Of a stretch of DNA of 58,889 nt, positions 8,533-16,933 are shown in pieces (the stretch's first letter is position 1; the number at the start of each line of letters is the position of its first letter). The notes beneath the pieces were generated by a model, which was given only the letters and a program-made list of their open reading frames with translations, was not told the DNA's origin and did not search any database. The DNA comes from Candidatus Dojkabacteria bacterium. GTDB taxonomy: Bacteria > Patescibacteriota > Dojkabacteria > J137. The position numbers and the translations under genes are program-made. The stretch is taken from contig CALDYZ010000039.1 in NCBI GenBank assembly GCA_937944235.1, positions 1 to 58,889 on the forward strand, given 5' to 3'.

Positions 8533-10023
8533 ATGAAACCTTTACAAATTACTGACAGTACAATTTTACATTCAGCTGCACATGTTTTAGCAGCTGCAGT
8601 GATAAAAATGTTCCCTAATGTTGTCGTTGGAATCGGTCCGGTGCTAAGAAATACATTTTATTATGATTTTTCAGGAGTAGACAGAGATACAATAGAAAAA
8701 AACATAGACAAGATCCAGAACGAATGTGATAGTTTAGTAGAGAACATGATACCTATAACACAAACTTTTATGGAAAAGTATACTGCATATAATTATTTAC
8801 TCCAACATGGACAACTCTTGAAAGCAGAGTTGTTGCAAGTTATAGATGAAAAAAATATCAGTTTTTATTCTATAGATAAATGTTTCACAGATTTATGTAG
8901 AGGCCCCCATGTATCTAACACGAAAGATATTGGTTATATATTCATTAAAAGCGTAACCGAAGTTTATTGGAATAATGATCCATCTAGAGCTAAAATGGTC
9001 AGAATAAACGGTGTTTTGTTTTACTCAAAAAATGATAGAAACTACTACTCGTCATTACTATCAAATTATTACAGCAAAGACTTCTTTTTTTATTCCAAAA
9101 TGAATAAAATACTGAAAAAATTGAATGCCAAGAATTATCAATTTACGGTATTTGGTGTAGAAAGTTTGAATAATATAACTAATACCATTAATAACATTAT
9201 TCATCAGAATGTAAGTAAAAATTTACTGTACATAGACGCACCGTCTCTATTTGACAACAATCAACTAATTGATGAAAATTATATTACTAGCTATGTTTCC
9301 GAATCAGATAATTTTTCAATAATAGATAAAAGTAGCACAAAGAAATTAATACAAACAACAAGATTTTTAATTGAAAAGAAATTTTTTGCCATTCACGTAA
9401 ACATTATTCAGCAAGTATTAAAATTGTTTCGTCTATCAGAAGAGAATAATTTACTGATTGAAGTAATATCTGTTGACTTTGATGAAAACGTTACAAAACT
9501 TTCGTTACAACAAGTCCAAATGGTCAGCCAAAATTTGAAAAAAATATATGTAAACGAACTCCAACACCTTTTATCGGTAAAAGTATATGCGAATAATCAA
9601 ATAGGAGATGAAATTAAAATTTCTGAGATAATCATCGATAATCATAAAGATCAGTTTTATTCCATCACAGTATATTTTGACAAATTTACTATTCTAAAAT
9701 TAAGTGTAGAAGCAAATAACGGTTTCTTATCTAGTTTAAATAGATATGTTGATATTGTTATCATACCTATAAATAAAAACTCTGTCGAATTTTGCAATCT
9801 ATTACATAAAGATTTACTAAATAAACATTTTAGAGTAATAACATTATCTAAAAATAAAAGTTTAATGTCAAATATTATCACATCAGATATTTTACATCCT
9901 AAAGTAACATGTGTAGTTGGAGATAAGGAAGTACGAGTTAATGGTGTGTCAACAAGAGTTAATAGAAAAAATTTAGGTATTATTAAATTAGAAAATTTAG
10001 AGGAATATATAAAATCTTTATAA
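8533..10023 (+). CDS. thrS: ThrRS-like protein: intact N2 editing domain and anticodon-binding domain, degenerate catalytic core
   Basis: HSAAH..GIGP..FYYDF..DLCRGPHV..YW (editing domain); VIIPI..VVGDKE..VSTR (anticodon-binding domain); lies upstream of infC-rpmI-rplT. The listed GTG start at 8482 is inside tRNA-Val, so ATG 8503 or 8533 is more likely. Confidence 0.85.
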   Translation: MKPLQITDSTILHSAAHVLAAAVIKMFPNVVVGIGPVLRNTFYYDFSGVDRDTIEKNIDKIQNECDSLVENMIPITQTFMEKYTAYNYLLQHGQLLKAELLQVIDEKNISFYSIDKCFTDLCRGPHVSNTKDIGYIFIKSVTEVYWNNDPSRAKMVRINGVLFYSKNDRNYYSSLLSNYYSKDFFFYSKMNKILKKLNAKNYQFTVFGVESLNNITNTINNIIHQNVSKNLLYIDAPSLFDNNQLIDENYITSYVSESDNFSIIDKSSTKKLIQTTRFLIEKKFFAIHVNIIQQVLKLFRLSEENNLLIEVISVDFDENVTKLSLQQVQMVSQNLKKIYVNELQHLLSVKVYANNQIGDEIKISEIIIDNHKDQFYSITVYFDKFTILKLSVEANNGFLSSLNRYVDIVIIPINKNSVEFCNLLHKDLLNKHFRVITLSKNKSLMSNIITSDILHPKVTCVVGDKEVRVNGVSTRVNRKNLGIIKLENLEEYIKSL

Positions 10024-10138
10024 GTAGACCTTACAAAAATAAAAAAGAGATAAATTTAAATTTTGTATGGAAATCTATATACACAATATAGTATAATTAG
10101 TAAGGAATGTTTATTGATTATCGTTATAAAGCAGAGCC

Positions 10139-10696
10139 ATAAAAAAAATTGTTAGAAAAAAGCCAAGAGAAGTCCGACAATTAGACATTAAAGCAAATGA
10201 AGATATAGTGTCTGAGAAGATTCAGACGATAGATGAAGGAGGCAATAATTTAGGTGTTTTGGCTAGGTCTGAAGCTTTAAATATAGCTAAAGATAGAGGT
10301 TTAGATCTGATACAAGTATCTTCAAGCGCTGATGGAAGCTATTGTACATGTATTATACAATCTCTATCAAAGTACAAATATGAAAAACAAAAAAAACTTA
10401 AAAAAGCTTCTGGTTCATCATCATCTAAACAAAAGGAATGGTGGTTCAAATCCAATATACAAGATAGAGATATTAAGGTAAAACTTGAAAAAGTTAGGGA
10501 GTACTTAGAAAAAGGGGGAATAGTTAAAATAGTCTTAAAAGCTTCACGTAAGGTTAGTTTGAGTGAATTAAAAGCTACTTTTGATAAAATAAGGGAAAAA
10601 TATTCTGAATTTGCTAAAGAAGTAGGACAGGTTAAGACAGATCAAGAAAACATTAACGTCAATGATATTAGTGTATTGATTAAGTTAAAAAAATGA
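10139..10696 (+). CDS. infC: Translation initiation factor IF-3 (probable non-canonical ATA/ATT start)
   Basis: IKANEDIVSEKIQTIDEGGNNLGV..EALNIAKDRGLDLIQVS..KYKYEKQKK; homology extends upstream of GTG 10208; operon position. Confidence 0.9.
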   Translation: MKKIVRKKPREVRQLDIKANEDIVSEKIQTIDEGGNNLGVLARSEALNIAKDRGLDLIQVSSSADGSYCTCIIQSLSKYKYEKQKKLKKASGSSSSKQKEWWFKSNIQDRDIKVKLEKVREYLEKGGIVKIVLKASRKVSLSELKATFDKIREKYSEFAKEVGQVKTDQENINVNDISVLIKLKK

Positions 10697-10905
10697 AAAA
10701 ATTTAAGTTAAAAACACATAAATCAACAGTTAAACGTTTTAAGTTGTCGGGATCTGGAAAGGTATATAGATTAGAACAACAAAAACGTAATAATGCTCAT
10801 TTAAGATCAAAGAAAACACGTAGGCAAAAAGTACTACTGCAAGATAGGCTTGTGATTACATCAAAAGGCAATATAAAAAAAATAAAAAGATTATTACATG
10901 TTTAA
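10693..10905 (+). CDS. rpmI: 50S ribosomal protein L35
   Basis: KLKTHKSTVKRFKLSGSGK..HLRSKK; between infC and rplT. Confidence 0.95.
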   Translation: MKKFKLKTHKSTVKRFKLSGSGKVYRLEQQKRNNAHLRSKKTRRQKVLLQDRLVITSKGNIKKIKRLLHV

Positions 10906-10915
10906 TTAGACTAAT

Positions 10916-11281
10916 ATGAAAGTTAAGAGAGGTGTCACAAAACACAAAAGACATAAAAAAATATTAAAATTAGCAAAAGGTTACAGAATGACTTATTCAA
11001 AGACATATAGAAAAGCAAAAGAAGCTGTTTTGCATGCTGGACAATACTCTTACAATCACAGGAAACATAGACACTCCCAATTTAGGAAAGAATGGATAAG
11101 GGTTATATCTGCATATCTCATGAATAATGATTTGGGTAGCTACAGCAAATTTATGAATCAACTAAAAAACAAGATGATCTTGATAGACAGGAAAGTTTTA
11201 GCAAACATGATACTCAAAGAACCTAAATTTATGGAAAATTTGGTAAGTTATGTTTATGGTTTTAAAATAGAAAAGGCTTAA
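10916..11281 (+). CDS. rplT: 50S ribosomal protein L20
   Basis: VKRGV..HKKILKLAKGY..FRKEWI..IDRKVLA. Confidence 0.97.
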   Translation: MKVKRGVTKHKRHKKILKLAKGYRMTYSKTYRKAKEAVLHAGQYSYNHRKHRHSQFRKEWIRVISAYLMNNDLGSYSKFMNQLKNKMILIDRKVLANMILKEPKFMENLVSYVYGFKIEKA

Positions 11282-11606
11282 GGTATAAATATTCAGATAC
11301 ATATACAATTACAATAATAGTTAAATGCTTCATGAAATAGCTTTTTCTTGTGGTGGGATTGTGTGGTTTGATTATGAAGAAGAATAAAAAGAACATTTAT
11401 ACGTACATATATCTGTCATACATATGTGTGAATGGATATATATAGCTGAAATCTTACATTTACAGATATATTGAGTACTGACCACGGCTCGTTATATTCA
11501 CGAATGTCAAATATAGATAAATATAATATATAGATGCAGAACAACTTCAAAGGCAAAGTGTAACTGACAAATCGAGAAAAAACGACTATTATACTAGCAC
11601 TGTTTA

Positions 11607-11912
11607 TTAGCTGTTGCCCCTAGATAAAGCTTTTTTCTTTGGTTTATCTTTAAACAACCTAGTATTGTTACGGTCACCTTCTATTATTTTACTTTTTACT
11701 AACAAAGCGTATACCGTGTCAGTAGGCTGAGCTCCTACAGAAAGCCAATATTGCACCTTTGTTTGATCAACATTAAAATCTTTGGTAATCGGTGAATACC
11801 AACCTATCTGATCTAAAAAATAAGATTCTCTTTTCTCTCTTGCATTACAAACTACTATCTTGTAACTTGGTTTATTTTTTTTTCCAACTCTCGAGAGTCT
11901 TATTTTAACCAT
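11607..11912 (-). CDS. rpsP: 30S ribosomal protein S16
   Basis: MVKIRLSRVGKKNKPSYKIVV..YWLSVGAQPTDTV. Confidence 0.97.
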   Translation of the reverse strand: MVKIRLSRVGKKNKPSYKIVVCNAREKRESYFLDQIGWYSPITKDFNVDQTKVQYWLSVGAQPTDTVYALLVKSKIIEGDRNNTRLFKDKPKKKALSRGNS

Positions 11913-11947
11913 AATTTTATCTTAACAACATCAAGCTTTCTGTGATT

Positions 11948-12673
11948 TTATAATTTATCCATAATTTTTGCAACATAGTTATCAGCTTTTTGTAAAAAAT
12001 TCTTTGCTGCTTTCTCTTCAGCTTTGTGTTTGCTATTACCAAAACCTTCGGTCAACATAATATCCTTAACAAACAATCCCATCTTAAAGATTTTCTTATG
12101 ATCCGGACCGTATGAGGAAATCTCCCTATATTCCGGTGTGATCTTAAATAAACTTTGTAACATTTCTTGAACCTGCGTTTTAGCATTTTTGTGTAATTGT
12201 TTAGCAACTACATCCTCCACCTTATAGATTAATTCGCGGTAAATTAAATCTTTTACTACTTGGTAACCACTTGATAAATATATTACTCCTAACAGAGACT
12301 CAAAAAAATTAGCCAACGTACTAATATTCTTTAAACCTCCAGTGTTTATCTCACCTTGACTCATAATAATAAAATTGTGCAAATTTAACCTTTTAAACTC
12401 TTTGGCTAAACTTTCGGTTTTAACTAAAGCTGATCTTATTACCGTTAAATCCCCTTCTTTCAAGTTTTGATAATTGTTATATAAATACTCCGTAACCACA
12501 AGCTCAAGTACCGCATCACCTAAAAACTCCAATCTTTCATTATCTCTTATATTTTTATTCCTAACCTTAACAGATTTATGAGTAAAAGCTTCAGACAATA
12601 GCTTTTGGTCTATTACTTCATTTATCTGTAAGATCTTCATTATTTTTTTTATATCGGTATCGGACAATAACAT
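11948..12673 (-). CDS. rnc: Ribonuclease III
   Basis: AFTHKS, NERLEFLGDAVLEL; dsRBD AKTQVQE..GPDH..AEEKAA. Confidence 0.97.
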   Translation of the reverse strand: MLLSDTDIKKIMKILQINEVIDQKLLSEAFTHKSVKVRNKNIRDNERLEFLGDAVLELVVTEYLYNNYQNLKEGDLTVIRSALVKTESLAKEFKRLNLHNFIIMSQGEINTGGLKNISTLANFFESLLGVIYLSSGYQVVKDLIYRELIYKVEDVVAKQLHKNAKTQVQEMLQSLFKITPEYREISSYGPDHKKIFKMGLFVKDIMLTEGFGNSKHKAEEKAAKNFLQKADNYVAKIMDKL

Positions 12674-12678
12674 AAAAT

Positions 12679-13143
12679 CTACAAATTAAAATACTTTCCG
12701 AGAATTACATTAGTTAAGGAGTACATTTTTCCAGCATTTAGCTCTTTATCCAACTCGATTGCTTCATCTATACCCACTTTTGGCGGAACATTTTTTAATA
12801 CCTCAACCTCAGTGGCAATAACATACCATATAGATTTTGTAAGATAGTCTATCTGTTCAATTGGTCTCTCTCGGGCTACCTTTGAAACTAAGTTATTAAG
12901 TTTGTCAACTACCTTTTCAAAGTTATTTGCTATAGAAACATATAAATCTCTATTGTAATCTTTTACAATACACTCATTTTCATAACCAATTTCAACCAAA
13001 ATTGTCTGGATTTCAAAAGACATAAAATGATTTTGATCTATATCACTATTAACGATAAACAAGTACTGATAAACATACTGCACCGATAAAATGCGGGAAA
13101 CATGGTTAGCAAAAAAGAGCTTAAATTTATATTTTGTTGACAT
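12679..13143 (-). CDS. nusB: Transcription antitermination factor NusB (divergent)
   Basis: SRILSVQYVYQ; PPKVGIDEAIELDKE..LTNVILG; position between rpmF and rnc. Confidence 0.8.
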   Translation of the reverse strand: MSTKYKFKLFFANHVSRILSVQYVYQYLFIVNSDIDQNHFMSFEIQTILVEIGYENECIVKDYNRDLYVSIANNFEKVVDKLNNLVSKVARERPIEQIDYLTKSIWYVIATEVEVLKNVPPKVGIDEAIELDKELNAGKMYSLTNVILGKYFNL

Positions 13144-13175
13144 TTAAATTAAATGTACCATCAATGCAACTATTG

Positions 13176-13385
13176 TTAATCTAAAACTTTTACGTTTTTA
13201 TAAACTTTATTATTTTTACTTACTACATGTGCTTTAAAAGAATATCCTTTTTTATTCAAAGAGAAAAGTGTACCTCCACACTTCTTCACTTTTCTAGCCA
13301 AAGTAATTAGCTTATTGTAACGATCAGAAGCTTTAGTGGATCTAGCTTTCTGCAAAGATCTTCTGTGTTTTGGAGTAGCGGCCAT
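13176..13385 (-). CDS. rpmF: 50S ribosomal protein L32 (no Zn ribbon)
   Basis: MAATPKHRRS N-terminus, basic, KAH..YK..V C-terminus; position after rsmD. Confidence 0.8.
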   Translation of the reverse strand: MAATPKHRRSLQKARSTKASDRYNKLITLARKVKKCGGTLFSLNKKGYSFKAHVVSKNNKVYKNVKVLD

Positions 13386-13443
13386 ACTGTAAAAATAAAA
13401 TCAAACTCATACTAGGAAAGTGTATCATAATATTACTTATTTA

Positions 13444-14019
13444 TCAAATTAATTTAGTTAATAAGTATATTTTTATGCAAGAAGAACCTGATTTGAAATG
13501 GCGAATTATGTTGATGAACTTATTATAGATCAAAACTTTATTTGTAAAATATCTCTTTGGAGATCTCACAACCACCACAGCGCTTGGTTTTGTCATTCTA
13601 CTCAATACTATTCTAAGTAAAGTTTCTTCAAAAATTGTAGAAAATACTGAAAAGGGAGGATCTATAAATATTAAATTTTCTGGAATTTTATGTCTGTATA
13701 GATAAACTAAAACATCTGACTTAATAAATTTAATATTAGATATATTATTTTTTTCAGCAAACTCCTTCAAAAAACGCTCAGACTCTGCAGAAGAATCAAC
13801 AAATGTGCATCTGATTGCACCTCTACTTATTGCCTCAAAACCATAACTACCAGAACCTGCATATAGATCTAAAACCTCTATACTTTCCTTTATTGATTCA
13901 ATATTTAGGTAATCAAAAATTTTAGATTTTATAAAATTTGTAACCGGTCTTGTATTCTTAGGGACTTTTAACCTTTTTAATTTGTACATCCCCTTTATAA
14001 TTTTAGGATTTTTCTGCAT
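13444..14019 (-). CDS. rsmD: RsmD family 16S rRNA m2G966 methyltransferase
   Basis: KIIKG..TRP, VLDLYAGSGSYGFEAISRGA, IFIDPPF. Confidence 0.92.
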   Translation of the reverse strand: MQKNPKIIKGMYKLKRLKVPKNTRPVTNFIKSKIFDYLNIESIKESIEVLDLYAGSGSYGFEAISRGAIRCTFVDSSAESERFLKEFAEKNNISNIKFIKSDVLVYLYRHKIPENLIFIDPPFSVFSTIFEETLLRIVLSRMTKPSAVVVVRSPKRYFTNKVLIYNKFINIIRHFKSGSSCIKIYLLTKLI

Positions 14020-14037
14020 GATATACTAAATTATTAA

Positions 14038-14526
14038 TTATCGCTCAAGATTCTTTAACAAAAAATAATACAAAACTATAGCAACGGTATTACTTACATT
14101 CAAAGAGTTTTTGATTCCCAACATTGGTAATTCACAAATAAAATCTGAAGTATCAATAACTTCGTTTGAAACACCAGTGATCTCATTTCCAAAAATAAAA
14201 AAAATCTCTTTGTTTTGATATTTTGTATTTTTGACAATTGTCTGGTAAATAACATTTATAGGGAGAGATTTGCTTGGATGTTGTTCTACTGCTATAAAAA
14301 CACCCTTTGTTTTATTTTGTAAATAAAATTCTTTATAATCATAAAAATATGTCCAAAACAACTCTTTTTCAGCACCTAAAGCTGTTTTAGATATTCGGAC
14401 ATCGTCTGGGGTAGGTGTTATACCTAATAATATTATTTTCTTTGTACCAGCTCCAGATGATGTTCGGAATATAGATCCTACGTTATATATTGACCGAATA
14501 TTATCAAGTACTACATTAATTATCAT
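14038..14526 (-). CDS. SpoU/TrmH family RNA methyltransferase
   Basis: LDNIRSIYNVGSIFRT, FGNEITGV, LPMLGIKNSLNVS. Confidence 0.93.
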   Translation of the reverse strand: MIINVVLDNIRSIYNVGSIFRTSSGAGTKKIILLGITPTPDDVRISKTALGAEKELFWTYFYDYKEFYLQNKTKGVFIAVEQHPSKSLPINVIYQTIVKNTKYQNKEIFFIFGNEITGVSNEVIDTSDFICELPMLGIKNSLNVSNTVAIVLYYFLLKNLER

Positions 14527-16522
14527 AAAAATAAAAAGGGTTATTATCTATAAAACTTGAAACTTCACCTTCATCTAAAATTTTTTTACCCAAATCTATT
14601 CCTTTATTTAAAGTATCTAAATTGACAAAAGAAGCTATCTTAAAATTTGGCATACCTATTTGTCTATCACCTAGCAGATCACCAGGTCCTCTCATTTGAA
14701 AATCTTTTTCTGCTAACGACATACCATCATTATTTTTTGTAAAAAAAACAATTTTTTCTAGCTGCAATTCATTTAGCTCCTCTTCCTCAATCAAGAAACA
14801 CATACCTTCTTTACCAGTTCTACCAACTCGCCCTCTTATTTGATGCAATTGAGATAACCCAAACATCTGAGGACTAACTATCAAGATCACATCTAAATCG
14901 GGTATATTGATACCTATTTCAACTATTGATGTAGCTACCAAAAACTGAGTCTGTCCATTTTTGAAATTGTCTAATATAACTAATTTTTTCTTTTCACTCA
15001 TATTACCTGTTAAACTACTTACAATTATATTAGGATTCATTGATTTTAATTTATTACTAAAATTTTCAACATTCATGAAATTATCACTTTCTGAGGCAGG
15101 AACAACTACTAAACATTTTTTTATGACACCCGTATTTACTTTTTCGATTAACTTTGCATAAAACTTATTTGACTTTAATCTTCTAACAAAAAAAGTTTTT
15201 ACTTTTCTTGTGCCAAATGGCATCATTTTTATAGAGTAAACCTCTAAATCATCAAACAGACACCTTAAGATTGTTCTTGGTATAGGAGTTGCTGTCATTT
15301 CAATAAAATTTGGTCTAGACATTTCATCGAAAAATGATTGTTCTTTTTGCAGAACACCAAATTTTTGTTGCTCATCAAACACGACAAGTCCTACATTCGT
15401 TATTTTTTTAAAGTTTAATGCTGTCGTACCAACTATAATCGAGTGTTCACAATCTTCTATTGTTGTTTTGTTATTTTTAGATAATTTTTTCAGGTTTATG
15501 TTAAGTTTATTACAAATTAAAGATAAATTTTCAAAATGCTGATCCACTAAAACAGAAGTAGGCGCCAACAAAAGTGAATTAGTATTTGAAAAATAGTTGA
15601 GTATCAACGCATAAAATGCTACAAAACTTTTACCACTTCCTACATCCCCTTGTACTAAGATATCGAAACGTTGGTTAGATTTATACTTTTCATATATATT
15701 TCGCATTATAGTTTCTTGATCATGTGATAAATTTACATTTAATATCTTTGAAAACATCAAAGGTGTAAATTCCGTCGTCATTTTGTAATTAACTTTTGAG
15801 TAAAACGGTCCAGACTTGCTATGTTTTAGTTTTATATAGATTGTTGCTATTTCATATAGACTTAGTTTCTGTATTATACTGTTAACTTTCTCAAGACTTT
15901 TTGGAAAGTGAATTTCATAAAGATCTTCAAAAGTTATATCAAAATGATTATTGATCAAAGTATTCAAAGATTTGTTTACTTTCAATAGTTTAAAAAAAAT
16001 TTTATGTAACATTCTTCTATAGTATTTGACTGAAATACCTTTTGTCAATTTATAAACAGGTGCTATTGTTCCTACATGCAATTGTCCTTTTTCCAGGTCT
16101 ACTTTTTCAATATCCAATAAAAAATTTTCTGTTCTCCCAAATTTATTTACATTTTTTTTTATTTTTAAATAATACTCATTGTCTTTTCGTATAGAATTAA
16201 CCAAATAATCCTTATTGAAAGATTTAACATTGATTTTTTTACCATCAAATTTGTCCAAAAAGACAAAATTTTGTAATGTTAGCTTAGGCTTTACACGTAA
16301 ATTTGAAGCTGATACGAGCTTAACACAAATGGTTGCGATTTGTTCCGATGAATTAATAAAATCAGTAAATCTCGTTAAATGTGATGTGTTTTCGTATCTA
16401 GTGGGAAATCTAAAAATTAAGTCACTCAAACTGGATACACCAAGATTTTGTAGTGCCCTAACAATTGTGTCATTAATTCTAAATATGGATGATATATTAC
16501 CTTTTAAGTCAATATTTATCAT
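14516..16522 (-). CDS. recG: ATP-dependent DNA helicase RecG
   Basis: QGDVGSGKS, APT..L..QH, DEQQKFG, MTATPIPRT, FGLSQLHQIRGRVGR, DFQMRGPGD. Confidence 0.95.
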   Translation of the reverse strand: MINIDLKGNISSIFRINDTIVRALQNLGVSSLSDLIFRFPTRYENTSHLTRFTDFINSSEQIATICVKLVSASNLRVKPKLTLQNFVFLDKFDGKKINVKSFNKDYLVNSIRKDNEYYLKIKKNVNKFGRTENFLLDIEKVDLEKGQLHVGTIAPVYKLTKGISVKYYRRMLHKIFFKLLKVNKSLNTLINNHFDITFEDLYEIHFPKSLEKVNSIIQKLSLYEIATIYIKLKHSKSGPFYSKVNYKMTTEFTPLMFSKILNVNLSHDQETIMRNIYEKYKSNQRFDILVQGDVGSGKSFVAFYALILNYFSNTNSLLLAPTSVLVDQHFENLSLICNKLNINLKKLSKNNKTTIEDCEHSIIVGTTALNFKKITNVGLVVFDEQQKFGVLQKEQSFFDEMSRPNFIEMTATPIPRTILRCLFDDLEVYSIKMMPFGTRKVKTFFVRRLKSNKFYAKLIEKVNTGVIKKCLVVVPASESDNFMNVENFSNKLKSMNPNIIVSSLTGNMSEKKKLVILDNFKNGQTQFLVATSIVEIGINIPDLDVILIVSPQMFGLSQLHQIRGRVGRTGKEGMCFLIEEEELNELQLEKIVFFTKNNDGMSLAEKDFQMRGPGDLLGDRQIGMPNFKIASFVNLDTLNKGIDLGKKILDEGEVSSFIDNNPFYFYDN

Positions 16523-16691
16523 CAGTTATTTGATAGCAAAACGATTAACGAGGAAAGTATAGGGGTCAACAAAATACCTAAAAAAATAACAAACCCTATC
16601 AGATATAAAAACAATTGCCTTAGTTTTTTTTTATTAAACACTTTTTTAATTAACATAACCAAAAACCTTACTATACTACATTTAGATGTCA

Positions 16692-16776
16692 CGGAGAGTG
16701 AGGGATTCGAACCCCCGGTCCCTTACGAGACACCTGTTTTCAAGACAGGCACATTAGACCACTCTGTCAACTCTCC
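16692..16776 (-). tRNA. tRNA-Ser(TGA)
   Basis: GGAGAGT..CCTGT-CTTGAAA-ACAGG, long variable arm, GGTTCGAATCC, ACTCTCC-G. Confidence 0.96.
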
Positions 16777-16891
16777 TAAAACTGGACTTCATGTAGTATA
16801 TCAAACTTTAGATCAAATTTGATGTTGATTATTAACGCTGATTGTATACTCACTTGTACATTAGGAATGTATAATGATTTAGTTGTTCATG

Positions 16892-16900
16892 TGATAAAAT
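16892..16900 (+). promoter_or_regulatory. Putative extended -10 promoter of the PBP1A gene
   Basis: TGA-TAAAAT about 33 nt before ATG 16934. Confidence 0.4.
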
Positions 16901-16933
16901 AGGTCTATACAAGAAAAATAAACATATTTGATT

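Noticed and set aside
12290..12325. RNase III possibly inactive (LANFFES instead of LADxFEA)
   Set aside because: The key catalytic residues (ERLEFLGD and the later Glu) are intact, and Asn at this position is seen in other RNase III sequences.
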